DNA from: Bacteroidia bacterium
Lineage (GTDB): Bacteria > Bacteroidota > Bacteroidia > UKL13-3
Direction: 5' to 3'
Length of the DNA stretch: 64,000 bases
NCBI GenBank assembly: GCA_044370475.1
Contig: JBILVK010000006.1
Coordinates: 1,817 to 65,816 of the forward strand
How positions within the stretch are numbered: the stretch's first letter is position 1; each line of letters opens with the position of its first letter. The position numbers were made by a program, and so were the translations under genes. Shown here piece by piece: positions 39,687 through 49,718 of the stretch. Below the pieces are notes generated by a model. It made no database searches. It was not told where the DNA came from and was given only the letters and a program-made list of their open reading frames with translations.

Positions 39687-40376
39687 CTAATTATTGAAAT
39701 AATTTCTTGTCATGTTCTCTAAAATACCCAAATCTACACGCTCAAAAGGATGAGCTGTATTAGGTAAAACCCATAGCTGCGCCCGCTGCATTTTCTGGTA
39801 AACATCCAATGTTTCCTTTACACTGCTCGTATTGTCCCTATCGCCAATTCCCAACAAAACAGGATGCGCTATCTCCTTCAATTCCTCCTCACTCATCACC
39901 ACCGTTTCCGACAATTTCTTCATCATATCACTAGTGCTCTTTAGCAAGTTTTTCCAAATATTCATGCCATGCAACACCATCAAATTATTGGCAAAGGCAG
40001 GCACTTTCTCGAACATTTTATCTGGATCTAACATACCCGTTTCTTTGGCTGTTGTAATGGGATCCCAATTAAACTTCACATTCAACGTCATAATTTTATG
40101 AACCCGCGTTGGATGCAAATGGGCAAAATACAAGGCAGCATAACCACCCATGCTAAAACCAAACAAATTCACCTTATCCAAATTGTTTGCATCCATAAAG
40201 TCCAAGATATTCTTTGCAAAAGTTTGAAATGTTAAACCTTGCGCAGGTATCATTTCTCCGCCATGTCCAGCAAAGTTCAAAGAGTAACACTCATAAGTGT
40301 CAGACAGTTTTTGCATCAAAGGCCCAAACTGTAATTTAGACCCCAAAGCACCATGTAAGAAAAGTATTTTTTCCAT
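39687..40376 (-). CDS. Alpha/beta hydrolase
   Basis: ILFLHGALGS and nucleophile elbow GFSMGG, with a C-terminal His region. Start at MEKILFLHG. Confidence 0.7.
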   Translation of the reverse strand: MEKILFLHGALGSKLQFGPLMQKLSDTYECYSLNFAGHGGEMIPAQGLTFQTFAKNILDFMDANNLDKVNLFGFSMGGYAALYFAHLHPTRVHKIMTLNVKFNWDPITTAKETGMLDPDKMFEKVPAFANNLMVLHGMNIWKNLLKSTSDMMKKLSETVVMSEEELKEIAHPVLLGIGDRDNTSSVKETLDVYQKMQRAQLWVLPNTAHPFERVDLGILENMTRNYFNN

Positions 40377-40505
40377 TTTATAAAGATATTCAATTATTCT
40401 AAATGTCACCAACCACACAACAAAGCAATTCCTTCCATAGTTTCACAAACGTGTTTAAAAAAGGCACTTTCAATCAATTTATTCACCTTATATCAGAATA
40501 AAATC

Positions 40506-41036
40506 TCACGATTGCTTCACCTTATTATTATACTCATCGCTCTTGTTTTTGGGTATTGACAAGGATTTCCAGTGTTCAGATTTTACGGCCTTTGCCAAAT
40601 AAACAATCTGTCCAACATGGTAGCTGTAATGCGCAATTTGCCTATTGATGGCTTCTAACACAGAATGCTCCTCCCCTCTTATGGTAACAATTTTAGAAAG
40701 GTCGGTCTGAACCAAAGGCCTTAGCGCGTTATACAAATATTCCCACCCCTCATTATATTGGTTCAAAACGAAATCTTTGCTTAAATTTTCACCTACAAAT
40801 TCTGCATCACGCTCCCGCCAAACCTTCTCCCCATCACTCACCAAAAAATCTGTCCAACGGCTTTTCATATTGCCATGCAAATGCTTCACAATAACCGCAA
40901 TTGAATTGCTTTCTGACTCTGGACACCAATTTATACCCTCAGAATCTATTTGATTCATGGCCTCCAATCCAAGCTTTTGATACTGCTTAAAGATTTGTAT
41001 AGCAGAGTTTAAAGGGTTTGCTTCTGTTTTAGACAT
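40506..41036 (-). CDS. DinB-superfamily protein (DUF1572-like)
   Basis: 176 aa four-helix-bundle type with a spaced His pattern (KHLHGN ... HYSYHVGQ) typical of DinB/YfiT-like proteins. Confidence 0.65.
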   Translation of the reverse strand: MSKTEANPLNSAIQIFKQYQKLGLEAMNQIDSEGINWCPESESNSIAVIVKHLHGNMKSRWTDFLVSDGEKVWRERDAEFVGENLSKDFVLNQYNEGWEYLYNALRPLVQTDLSKIVTIRGEEHSVLEAINRQIAHYSYHVGQIVYLAKAVKSEHWKSLSIPKNKSDEYNNKVKQS

Positions 41037-41116
41037 TTGTGTTTTTAAAAATCAATTTTACAAATTAATCCACAGCCCTGCAAACAATCGTAAAAATTTA
41101 AACTCATCCACTCAAA

Positions 41117-43168
41117 ATGCCTATTTTTGCTTCACAATTTTCACCTATGCTAAGCTTTAACAGAAAACAATATTCCAACGAAACGCTACTCTCCCTATAC
41201 GCTTCCTTGCTTAAACCAAGGATGATAGAAGAAAAAATGCTCATCCTACTTCGTCAGGGAAAAGTAAGCAAATGGTTCAGTGGCATTGGTCAGGAAGCCA
41301 TTAGCATAGGCGTTGTTGAAGCACTAGATAAAGACGAATACATCTTACCCTTGCACAGAAATTTAGGCATTTTTACAGGGAGAAATATTCCTTTTGCTAA
41401 ATTATTTGCCCAATGGCAAGGTAAGTATAGCGGCTTCTCTAAAGGGAGAGAACGCTCATTTCACTTTGGCACCAACGAATACCATATTGTTGGAATGATA
41501 TCGCACCTAGGTGCTATGTTGGGTGTGGCAGATGGCATTGCACTGGCCAATTTATTAAAAGAAGAAAAAAAAGTAACCGTAGTTTTTAGTGGTGATGGCG
41601 GTGCCAGTGAAGGAGATTTTCATGAAGCACTTAACACGGCAGCCGTATGGAATTTACCTGTTATATTTTTAATAGAAAACAACGGGTACGGATTAAGCAC
41701 GCCATCTAACCAACAATTTAAATTTAAGAACTTCACAGATAAAGGAGTTGGTTATGGAATGGAAGCATACAAGATAGACGGCAACAATATCTTGGAGGTT
41801 TATGATACCATGAAAAACTTGAGTGAATCAATAAGAACCAACCCAAGACCCGTTATTTTAGAATGCATCACGTTTAGGATGCGCGGACATGAAGAAGCGT
41901 CTGGCACTAAGTATGTGCCACAAGAATTGTTCGAAACTTGGGGCAAAAAAGACCCTGTGAGCAATTATGAAATCTACCTGATGCAAGAAGGTGTTTTAAC
42001 AGATTCGGTTCGAACCGAAATAAAAGAAAAAATTAAAGCAGAGATTGACAATGGAATTGTAACGGTAGAAAATGAAGTAGATATTGTTCCAGATACACTT
42101 TATGAAATGAGCGATGTGTATATGCCAACTGCTATACCAGATTCTGTGCCTACCTACAACGAACTTCAACATGTAGTTATAAAACCTGCTTCAGAAAACA
42201 AATCGCGCAAACGTTACGTAGACGCCATTAGCGACGGTTTAAGACAAGCTATGGAAAAACATTCAAACCTAGTTTTGATGGGACAAGACATAGCAGATTA
42301 TGGTGGTGTTTTTAAAATTACACAAGGATTCTTAGAGCAATTTGGTAAAGGTAGAGTACGCAATACCCCATTGTGCGAAAGTGCAATTCTAGGTGCTGGA
42401 TATGGCTTGGCCATTAAAGGAATGAAGGCAATGGTAGAAATGCAATTTGCCGATTTTGTGAGTGTTGGTTTTAATCAGATTGTAAATAACCTTGCCAAGA
42501 GTTATTACCGTTGGGGACAAAATGCAGATGTAGTAGTGCGCATGCCAACAGGCGCAGGAGTAGGTGCCGGACCCTTTCATTCGCAAAGCAATGAGGCATG
42601 GTTCTTTCATGTACCCGGATTAAAAATTGTATATCCATCATCGCCATCAGATGCTAAAGGCTTGTTAACCGCAGCTATTAACGATCCAAATCCAGTGCTA
42701 TTCTTTGAGCATAAAGTTCTTTATAGAATGGTTGAATTGGAAGAAGAAGTTTATGATGATTACTACATGTTAGATCTCACCAAAGCGCGTTTGGTTCAGA
42801 CCGGAAATGAAGTGAGCATTATAACCTACGGTGCGGGTGTTCATTGGGCCAAAGCATATGTAAAAGAGAAAAACATTGATGCAGATATTATAGATTTACG
42901 TTGTTTATTGCCTTGGGATAAAGAGGCTGTTGAAACAAGTGTAATGAAAACAGGAAAGGCCATAGTATTGCATGAAGACACGCTTACAGGTGGCATTGGT
43001 GCTGAAATTGCGGCCCATATTTCTGAGCATTGTTTTAAACACCTTGATGCACCTGTAATACGTGTTGGAAGCTTAGATACGCCTGTACCTTTTAACATGG
43101 ATTTGGAGCAAAACTTTTTACCTAAAGAGCGTTTTAAAAAGGCTTTGGACCAATTGTTAAACTACTAA
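41117..43168 (+). CDS. Fused alpha/beta E1 component of a 2-oxoacid (branched-chain type) dehydrogenase
   Basis: The N-terminal half has the TPP motif GDGGASEGDFHEALNTAAVWNLPVIFLIENNGY. The C-terminal half is transketolase-like E1-beta (NTPLCESAILGAGYGLA). The true start may be the internal Met at 41147. Confidence 0.8.
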   Translation: MPIFASQFSPMLSFNRKQYSNETLLSLYASLLKPRMIEEKMLILLRQGKVSKWFSGIGQEAISIGVVEALDKDEYILPLHRNLGIFTGRNIPFAKLFAQWQGKYSGFSKGRERSFHFGTNEYHIVGMISHLGAMLGVADGIALANLLKEEKKVTVVFSGDGGASEGDFHEALNTAAVWNLPVIFLIENNGYGLSTPSNQQFKFKNFTDKGVGYGMEAYKIDGNNILEVYDTMKNLSESIRTNPRPVILECITFRMRGHEEASGTKYVPQELFETWGKKDPVSNYEIYLMQEGVLTDSVRTEIKEKIKAEIDNGIVTVENEVDIVPDTLYEMSDVYMPTAIPDSVPTYNELQHVVIKPASENKSRKRYVDAISDGLRQAMEKHSNLVLMGQDIADYGGVFKITQGFLEQFGKGRVRNTPLCESAILGAGYGLAIKGMKAMVEMQFADFVSVGFNQIVNNLAKSYYRWGQNADVVVRMPTGAGVGAGPFHSQSNEAWFFHVPGLKIVYPSSPSDAKGLLTAAINDPNPVLFFEHKVLYRMVELEEEVYDDYYMLDLTKARLVQTGNEVSIITYGAGVHWAKAYVKEKNIDADIIDLRCLLPWDKEAVETSVMKTGKAIVLHEDTLTGGIGAEIAAHISEHCFKHLDAPVIRVGSLDTPVPFNMDLEQNFLPKERFKKALDQLLNY

Positions 43169-43170
43169 GT

Positions 43171-45213
43171 TTATATCTTACTTAAGCTGTTCCTAATTTC
43201 ATAAATGGTACTTACTTTTACATCGGGAACAATGGTTTCATTGCCTGTAATGGTAAGTGATTTCATTTGAAATACCGGCTCTCTTTTTTCATTAAAGCCA
43301 AGCACAATCATCCTTACTTGTTTGCCAATTGGGAGCTTAAGGTTATACTTATTTTTGTTATCATGATAGGCATAAACAAAACTGTTAATATCTGGAACAA
43401 AGAAAGAAACCCTAGCTGTGCCTTGATAAGGAATTTCGATTTGTGCCATTTGATTTTCTGGTGTAGTATTAAACCTATCGCAGTTTACTACGCCAAAACC
43501 ACTTAAAGAAGCAGAGTATATTTTATCTGCAGCAGTGTTTGGATCAAGCATGTCTAACTTCTCTCTTTGTTGCATAATATCTATTTGTGCAGCATCAAAG
43601 ATTTGAGCTAGCTTAGGTTCTTTTTTAATCTGTTCAATGGCAAAATCATTTACGGTATATTGATACAGAATTCTGTTTCTTTCCTTTTCTTTTAAACCAA
43701 TGAAAATCTGCGATTGCTTATTGCCATATAATCCAATAGCCATGAGTAAACTCATTTCCTTTAACTCCTCAATTTTACCCAAGCTTAACACGATATTTCC
43801 ATAATACATTTGGTAACTTCTGCTCGGTTTACTCATAGAAATAAAGACACCTTTAGGATTTAAACTGGTTAATTTTTCTTGTTCACTTATATCGCAAAAT
43901 TTATCTATCCCTTTGTTATAGCAAATCTTTTCCAATATGGTTTTTGCCTCCAAAAACTTAGTCTCAGTTTGCGCCAACCATCCCCTAAAGCTTGCCAACT
44001 CAGTAGTCTCAAAATTCGCAGAATCTGTTTTGTATTTTTCTAACGCAACCTGATAAGTATTCAATTTAGTCTCATATTTTGCCAATGCTTGTTTGTTTAA
44101 TTTTTGGCGCTTAGCATTCTCTTCATTCACTATCCTATCCATATAAGCTTTGGGATAAAAAATACGCTCATACCATTCAAAAATCTCATACTTACTTGCC
44201 ATACTTAAATCCTTGCGCTTTATTGGAGGCATAGGCCTTTTAGGTATGCTTAAAGGTTTATATAAATACTCCAAATCTTTTATATCTTGTGCATCGGCAT
44301 CCACCTTATGCTGTGCAAGAGCCTGCGTATTTATTTTAGTAAAAGGAAGCTTAACAACTTTCTTAGGTCTCACTTCAAAAGGTTGAGGAGTAGCCTTCCA
44401 TTCTGTAACACCTTGTGCAGAAACCACAGGCACAAACACCTGCATATTATTTTGCAAATTCTTAGAAGGCAAATCCACTTGAATAGCCGCCCCATCCTTT
44501 AGCTTTAGCTCCTTCCCTTTTTGCAAAACCTTTACACTAAACATGCCACCAGACTCTAACAATTTTCCATCTGCTACAGTACTCAACTGCTGAGTGGCAG
44601 CATCCATAGGCGAATAAAACTCCTCTAATTCCATGGTCAACTCGCCCGCACCAATGGGCTTTCCATCTATAGACTCAAGAGCTCCCTTAGGCAAAACCAC
44701 CTTTAAACCATTCTTTGCAACAACGGTATTTTCTACATTGGACTTTATGTTAAATCGCTGTTTGGTTTCACCTCCTATCAGCTTTAAAAACTCACCTATA
44801 TTGCCATATTCAAAATACGTAAGTGCAATATCAACCCTTCTATTCTGCGCCTTTCCCTGCGCTGTAGCATTAGATTTAATGGGCTTAGATTCGCCAAAAT
44901 AATAATGAGAAATTCTAGTTGCACTCACTCCATTTTCCTGCAAATAATTACTTACACTCAGTGCCCTTTTCTTAGACAATTCCTCATTATAATCACTCGC
45001 TGCATCCTCATCTGTATGCGCCTTTAAGACCAATTCACAATAAACATCTCCCTGCATTTTCTGGGCCAAATCAAGCAAGATTTTTTTGTCGGTCTGATCC
45101 AATACATATTCATCAGAATTGAAATGTACTTGGAATTTAACATCCCTAGTTTGGGCTTTAATTATGCCAACAAATCCCATTAGCATAATTAATAGTAAAA
45201 TATTTTTTCTCAT
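43171..45213 (-). CDS. Secreted protein with an N-terminal OmpA-like peptidoglycan-binding domain and a roughly 530-aa uncharacterised extension
   Basis: Signal peptide; OmpA_C-like AHTDEDAASDYNEELSKKRALSVSNYLQENGV...NRRVDI within the first 130 aa or so. I recognise nothing in the remainder, which includes K/E-rich helical stretches. Confidence 0.65.
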   Translation of the reverse strand: MRKNILLLIMLMGFVGIIKAQTRDVKFQVHFNSDEYVLDQTDKKILLDLAQKMQGDVYCELVLKAHTDEDAASDYNEELSKKRALSVSNYLQENGVSATRISHYYFGESKPIKSNATAQGKAQNRRVDIALTYFEYGNIGEFLKLIGGETKQRFNIKSNVENTVVAKNGLKVVLPKGALESIDGKPIGAGELTMELEEFYSPMDAATQQLSTVADGKLLESGGMFSVKVLQKGKELKLKDGAAIQVDLPSKNLQNNMQVFVPVVSAQGVTEWKATPQPFEVRPKKVVKLPFTKINTQALAQHKVDADAQDIKDLEYLYKPLSIPKRPMPPIKRKDLSMASKYEIFEWYERIFYPKAYMDRIVNEENAKRQKLNKQALAKYETKLNTYQVALEKYKTDSANFETTELASFRGWLAQTETKFLEAKTILEKICYNKGIDKFCDISEQEKLTSLNPKGVFISMSKPSRSYQMYYGNIVLSLGKIEELKEMSLLMAIGLYGNKQSQIFIGLKEKERNRILYQYTVNDFAIEQIKKEPKLAQIFDAAQIDIMQQREKLDMLDPNTAADKIYSASLSGFGVVNCDRFNTTPENQMAQIEIPYQGTARVSFFVPDINSFVYAYHDNKNKYNLKLPIGKQVRMIVLGFNEKREPVFQMKSLTITGNETIVPDVKVSTIYEIRNSLSKI

Positions 45214-45442
45214 GGTATAAATTATTTATGTGTATTCAACGCAAGAATTTTATGCCATGTTATATTTCAATCACTTTATTTTTTTTTCTAAAATATTTCT
45301 TAATTACGTCCGTTATTCATTGAATTTGAGCTTATTTAATGTCGGTCAAAAAAAACACTAATTATCAAATTGGTTCTAGACAACATCTTCTTTGCTCCTC
45401 AATTGACATAGATTTTTACTCCAAAAAAACTGAATTTCATTA

Positions 45443-45473
45443 TTGGTAAACTGAAACAAAAAAAATATATTTG
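45443..45473 (+). promoter_or_regulatory. Bacteroidota sigma-A type promoter (TTG-N20-TATATTTG) for the five-gene operon
   Basis: TTG at about 45443-45445 and TATATTTG at about 45466-45473. The -7 box ends about 20 nt upstream of the ATG at 45493. Confidence 0.45.
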
Positions 45474-45492
45474 GCCAATATCTATCAAGCAA

Positions 45493-46290
45493 ATGAAACA
45501 TAAAAATACCCTTGGCATGGTATTGCTCATTATACTTACCATGTTCCAAACCCAAAGGGTAAATGGCCAAAAAAACCGCAATGCATATTTCAGTGAATTT
45601 GGGGCATCCTTTTTTACAGATTTTTTCGCGTCGCCTGCAATTCCTGTTTCCAATTTATATTCCTTCGACAAAGACGCTAACGGTCAGCCCATCTATGTTA
45701 AATCTGAAGGCCATGTTAAATACGCCACTTTTGGAGTTGTTTCGTTTAACTATACCCCCAGATTTAATTTAATTGAGTTTAGCAATTCTAAATCATTATC
45801 CATCGAATCACCCATCACGCTTGCCATAGGCTTTGGGTTTAAAGAAGGCTATTTAACAAGCCTCGATTCGGTTAAAAACTTCTATCCCGGCTCTGCCTTT
45901 GGAACTGCAACAGGCAACAGTGTTTCTATGTTCAATTTAAGTGCACCTGTCTTTATTAGTTTTAACACCGGTCTAGGCTCTACCTATGAAAGCTTGGCAG
46001 AAAGAGGCTTAAGTGTTGGATTAGGAGTCGACATTAGTCGTCCTTTATTTTGGGTAGATGGAGGAGATTCATTTGATGATTTTGGTGATACCAAAAAATC
46101 AAACTTCTATTTCTTACCAGCAATTAACATTGGATATAGGTATTGGAGAAACGATAAGGCGTCTGACTTAAACTTAAAAATTGGCTATATGCCATCGACC
46201 GAAAAAATAACCAACCCCGAATATGATCATTCAGCATTTAAAAATGCTTTTTCCCTAAGGCTTTCTTTTAACAAAATCCTCAACTTCTAA
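45493..46290 (+). CDS. Small predicted outer-membrane beta-barrel protein, tandem paralogue 1 of 3
   Basis: Signal peptide, amphipathic beta-strand pattern, and C-terminal FSLRLSFNKILNF (terminal aromatic). Motifs shared with the next two genes: RFNLIE, G(L/A/M)G(S/A)TY.S, and PA.NIGYR.W. Confidence 0.55.
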   Translation: MKHKNTLGMVLLIILTMFQTQRVNGQKNRNAYFSEFGASFFTDFFASPAIPVSNLYSFDKDANGQPIYVKSEGHVKYATFGVVSFNYTPRFNLIEFSNSKSLSIESPITLAIGFGFKEGYLTSLDSVKNFYPGSAFGTATGNSVSMFNLSAPVFISFNTGLGSTYESLAERGLSVGLGVDISRPLFWVDGGDSFDDFGDTKKSNFYFLPAINIGYRYWRNDKASDLNLKIGYMPSTEKITNPEYDHSAFKNAFSLRLSFNKILNF

Positions 46291-46305
46291 ATACCCAATT
46301 TGATT

Positions 46306-47046
46306 ATGAAAAAAACACTGATACTCCTCCTTATATTCACTAGCATGCAAGGTTTTGCTCAAGGAATAAAAGACCGCTTCTTTACAAGCTTTGCCATCAC
46401 AGCATTAGCTGATGTTAATTTTGGCCCTTTGCAAGAAGTAAATTACACCGGCACATACAATAATGTTGAATACAAAGGATACTCAAGAGATTTTGCCTTA
46501 GGTATACTTTCTTACCAATATGGAATACGCTTTAACCTGATAGAAAAAGGTCCAGATTTTTCTGTAGGAATATATGTTCCTGTTACCGCTTCCCTTTCAA
46601 CAGGAAATGTTAAATTTCTGATGGATGGAAAAGAATACGACAATTTCACAAACACCTATGAAAACAAATCCATCGAAGGAGATTTTAACACCTTTGGGCG
46701 TGTTTCTTTTCCGGCATTTCTTCAATTTAATTTTGGCGCAGGTTCAACCTATCAGAGCGACAAAGAAAAGGGAATGACGGTAGGAATTGGTATGGATATG
46801 AGCATTTCTCCTATATTCTATTTTGATTCTGGTGTTAACAATCTTGAGGAATTTAAAATAAAACGTTTTAGTATGATGCCTGCTGTTAATATTGGAAAAA
46901 GAACAACCAAAGGAGACGAATTAGTTGAATACAACTTAAAATTTGGGTACGTATTTGGCAATAAAGAATATGTAAATGAATCGAGTAAATTAAGCACCCC
47001 AGGAATGGTTCTTATGCTTACCATTGGGAAAATTTTAAACTACTAA
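46306..47046 (+). CDS. Small predicted outer-membrane beta-barrel protein, tandem paralogue 2 of 3
   Basis: MKKTLILLLIFTSMQGFAQGIKDRFF, IRFNLIE, GAGSTYQSDKEKGMTVGIGMD, PAVNIG, and C-terminal LTIGKILNY. ATG at 46306; the track starts at a TTG at 46300. Confidence 0.55.
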   Translation: MKKTLILLLIFTSMQGFAQGIKDRFFTSFAITALADVNFGPLQEVNYTGTYNNVEYKGYSRDFALGILSYQYGIRFNLIEKGPDFSVGIYVPVTASLSTGNVKFLMDGKEYDNFTNTYENKSIEGDFNTFGRVSFPAFLQFNFGAGSTYQSDKEKGMTVGIGMDMSISPIFYFDSGVNNLEEFKIKRFSMMPAVNIGKRTTKGDELVEYNLKFGYVFGNKEYVNESSKLSTPGMVLMLTIGKILNY

Positions 47047-47050
47047 ACAA

Positions 47051-47794
47051 ATGAAAAAAACGATACTACTTTATTTACTCCTAGGTGTTTCAATTTCCTT
47101 ATCAGCCCAAGGGATAAAAGATAAATTCTTCCACCAAATAGGGTTTTCTCTGTATACAGATTTATTTTATAGCCAAGTCAAGGAACATACAGCCAATGCT
47201 AATGTGGAAGATTTTAACGGAAACTTAAAAACCATGGATATTGATGGCCAATACCGTAGTACAGAAATTGCATTAATTTCCTTTTACTATTCAGCAAGCA
47301 TTAACATCATCGAAAAAGGGGTGGAAAATAGCTACTCCATTAATATGCCCATTGGAATACATATTAGTGACGCAAAAAAAGAATTTCAAGGCGATTATTT
47401 TAATGGTTCAGTCAAAACTCCATACTACTACTATTCCGAACATTTAGGGTCCATTTCATTTCCTGTTTATCTTACTTGGAATACAGGCATGGGGGCAACC
47501 TATGCTAGTGAAAAAGAAACAGGCTTTAGCCTCGGTGTAGGTTTGGATAATAGAATGCAATTATTGTTCGTACAAGAATCAAAAGACTACAATTCAAGTC
47601 TGAATTCAAAAATGCCAGCAGTAAGCTCTTTGCCTAGCTTAATGATAGGATATAGACGTTGGAAAGGTGAAAAAGCAAAAGAGATAAAACTCAAATTGAG
47701 TTATCTCCCTTCATCCGTTTCAGGAAACGCGGTTTCTTCCTTTAACGATGGTTTTGCCGTTGCACTTTCATTCAATAAGTTCTTAAATTTTTAA
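47051..47794 (+). CDS. Small predicted outer-membrane beta-barrel protein, tandem paralogue 3 of 3
   Basis: MKKTILLYLLLGVSISLSAQGIKDKFF, INIIE, GMGATYASEKETGFSLGVGLD, LMIGYRRW, and C-terminal ALSFNKFLNF. Confidence 0.55.
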   Translation: MKKTILLYLLLGVSISLSAQGIKDKFFHQIGFSLYTDLFYSQVKEHTANANVEDFNGNLKTMDIDGQYRSTEIALISFYYSASINIIEKGVENSYSINMPIGIHISDAKKEFQGDYFNGSVKTPYYYYSEHLGSISFPVYLTWNTGMGATYASEKETGFSLGVGLDNRMQLLFVQESKDYNSSLNSKMPAVSSLPSLMIGYRRWKGEKAKEIKLKLSYLPSSVSGNAVSSFNDGFAVALSFNKFLNF

Positions 47795-47797
47795 AGA

Positions 47798-49714
47798 ATG
47801 TCTTTAAGATTATTCAGCCTATCAATTATCCTCCTTGCTTTTAGCTTCAACGGTAATGCACAAAATTTTGCAACAAAAGCAGATGGTGAATTGGCAAAGG
47901 AGCTCAGTAAAAAATATCCTAAAAGTGATGTATATGCGCTAGACCATGAAACTGTTCTCTCTTTTTCATTTAACAAATATTCGGAGGGAACTGCCATGGT
48001 TTCGGTATTTGAAGAGGATAAATATGAGCTACTTTCTTTAAAATCAAATATGGAGTTCAGCAATAGCATCACTTATGATTTCGAATCAAGTGTTAATTCT
48101 ATTTCTGGCTTCACTAAATCGGGTTCTAAGATTGCTGTGAGCTCAGTGGACATGTCGTTTAGCGAATTTTACACCACAGATACTCGGTATAAAATCTACA
48201 GGCAATACTTCAATTATGTGGGACAGGTTTATGGATTTAAAACAGAAAGAACCTTCCACGACATTAAATATTTTACCAGTGTATACTTCCCAGATTTTTA
48301 TCCTCAAAAGGAAAAGCGCATAACATTCGACGTTCCCAATTGGCTTGAACTCGAATTAAAGGAAATGAATTTTGAGGGCTACAACATTGAGAAAACCATT
48401 GTTGAAGGTAAAAAATCAAGGCGCATTACTTATACCATCAAAGATATTTTTGGGGCATACAAACAAACTAACTCCCCCGGACCCTCACATATTTTACCAC
48501 ATGTGTTAGTGATCGCAAAATCGGTAACCAATAATAACCAAACCTATACCCTTCTTAAATCCACAGATGACCTGTATAAATGGTACCGCAGCCTTGTTTT
48601 AAAGGTAAACAACAATCCAGAACCCCTCAAAGAAAAAGTGAAAGAAATAACTGCGGGCAAATCAACTGATGAGGATAAAATCAAGGCCATTTATTATTGG
48701 GTTCAAGACAATATCATCTACTTAGCTTATGAGGCGGGTTTAGCTGGATTTAAGCCAGCAGCTGCGCAAGATGTTTTCAAAAGAAGATATGGCGATTGTA
48801 AAGGCATGGCAAACCTATGTAAGGAAATGTTAAAAATTGCTGGCTATGATGCTAGGTTAACTTGGGTTGGAACCAAACTAATTGCGTATGATTATTCCAC
48901 CCCTTCCCTTTCTGTAGACAACCATATGATTTGCACCGTAGTTATAAATGGGAAAAGAATTTTTATTGATGGAACCGAAAAATATGGTTCTTACTATGTC
49001 AATGCCTATCGCATACAAGGCAGACCCGTAATGATTGAAGATGGCGATAATTATTTTTTAGACAAAGTGCCTGCCTATATCGCAGACTCAAACTTACATG
49101 CCATCAAAAGAACAGCACGTATTGATGGAGAGAACCTTGTAGGCGAGAATACACTTACCTTCAAAAACGACTATAAAACAGGTATTTTGGTTGAGTACAA
49201 CAACTTAAAATCAGAACACAAAGAAGATGCAGTAGGGTATTTTCTATCTAAAGGGAAAAATGAAATGGTATCCAATGTAAAAACAAGTGGGATAGAAAAC
49301 AGAGATGCACCCCTTGTTTTTAGCAACAATTATATTCTAAAGCACAATGTAATTCCAGATGGGAAAGAGCTCTATTTAAACTTAGATTATTCGCGTGAAT
49401 TCTTTGGATTCACCTTTGATTCTACCCGTTTATTTGATTATGAATTTCATTACAGTGAATTAAAAACACAAGAAATAAAACTAATACTACCTCCTGGTTA
49501 CAAAGTAAAATACACCCCTCAAAATTTCGAAAGAAAAGGAGAGGATTATTCATTTAACCTAAGCTATACCCTTAAGGGGAATGAACTTGTTTATAAAACA
49601 GAACTGAAGATTCCTGAAGGAATTATACACAAAAGAAATTTTGCTGATTGGAACAAAACAATCAAAGAATTAAACAAATTCTACAAAGAACAAATCATAC
49701 TTACACAACAATAA
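47798..49714 (+). CDS. Secreted transglutaminase-like cysteine protease-fold protein (DUF3857-like N-terminus, TGase core, DUF3858-like C-terminus)
   Basis: Signal peptide. The TGase-core triad context is intact: RRYGDCKGMANLCKEML (Cys), VDNHMICTV (His) and IFIDGTE (Asp). Confidence 0.65.
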   Translation: MSLRLFSLSIILLAFSFNGNAQNFATKADGELAKELSKKYPKSDVYALDHETVLSFSFNKYSEGTAMVSVFEEDKYELLSLKSNMEFSNSITYDFESSVNSISGFTKSGSKIAVSSVDMSFSEFYTTDTRYKIYRQYFNYVGQVYGFKTERTFHDIKYFTSVYFPDFYPQKEKRITFDVPNWLELELKEMNFEGYNIEKTIVEGKKSRRITYTIKDIFGAYKQTNSPGPSHILPHVLVIAKSVTNNNQTYTLLKSTDDLYKWYRSLVLKVNNNPEPLKEKVKEITAGKSTDEDKIKAIYYWVQDNIIYLAYEAGLAGFKPAAAQDVFKRRYGDCKGMANLCKEMLKIAGYDARLTWVGTKLIAYDYSTPSLSVDNHMICTVVINGKRIFIDGTEKYGSYYVNAYRIQGRPVMIEDGDNYFLDKVPAYIADSNLHAIKRTARIDGENLVGENTLTFKNDYKTGILVEYNNLKSEHKEDAVGYFLSKGKNEMVSNVKTSGIENRDAPLVFSNNYILKHNVIPDGKELYLNLDYSREFFGFTFDSTRLFDYEFHYSELKTQEIKLILPPGYKVKYTPQNFERKGEDYSFNLSYTLKGNELVYKTELKIPEGIIHKRNFADWNKTIKELNKFYKEQIILTQQ

Positions 49715-49718
49715 TCTT

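Noticed and set aside
45376-45671. 64-aa and 90-aa minus-strand ORFs in the divergent intergenic region and over the start of the first barrel paralogue.
   Set aside because: They overlap the predicted promoter and the signal-peptide-coding start of the plus-strand gene, and their products have no features.
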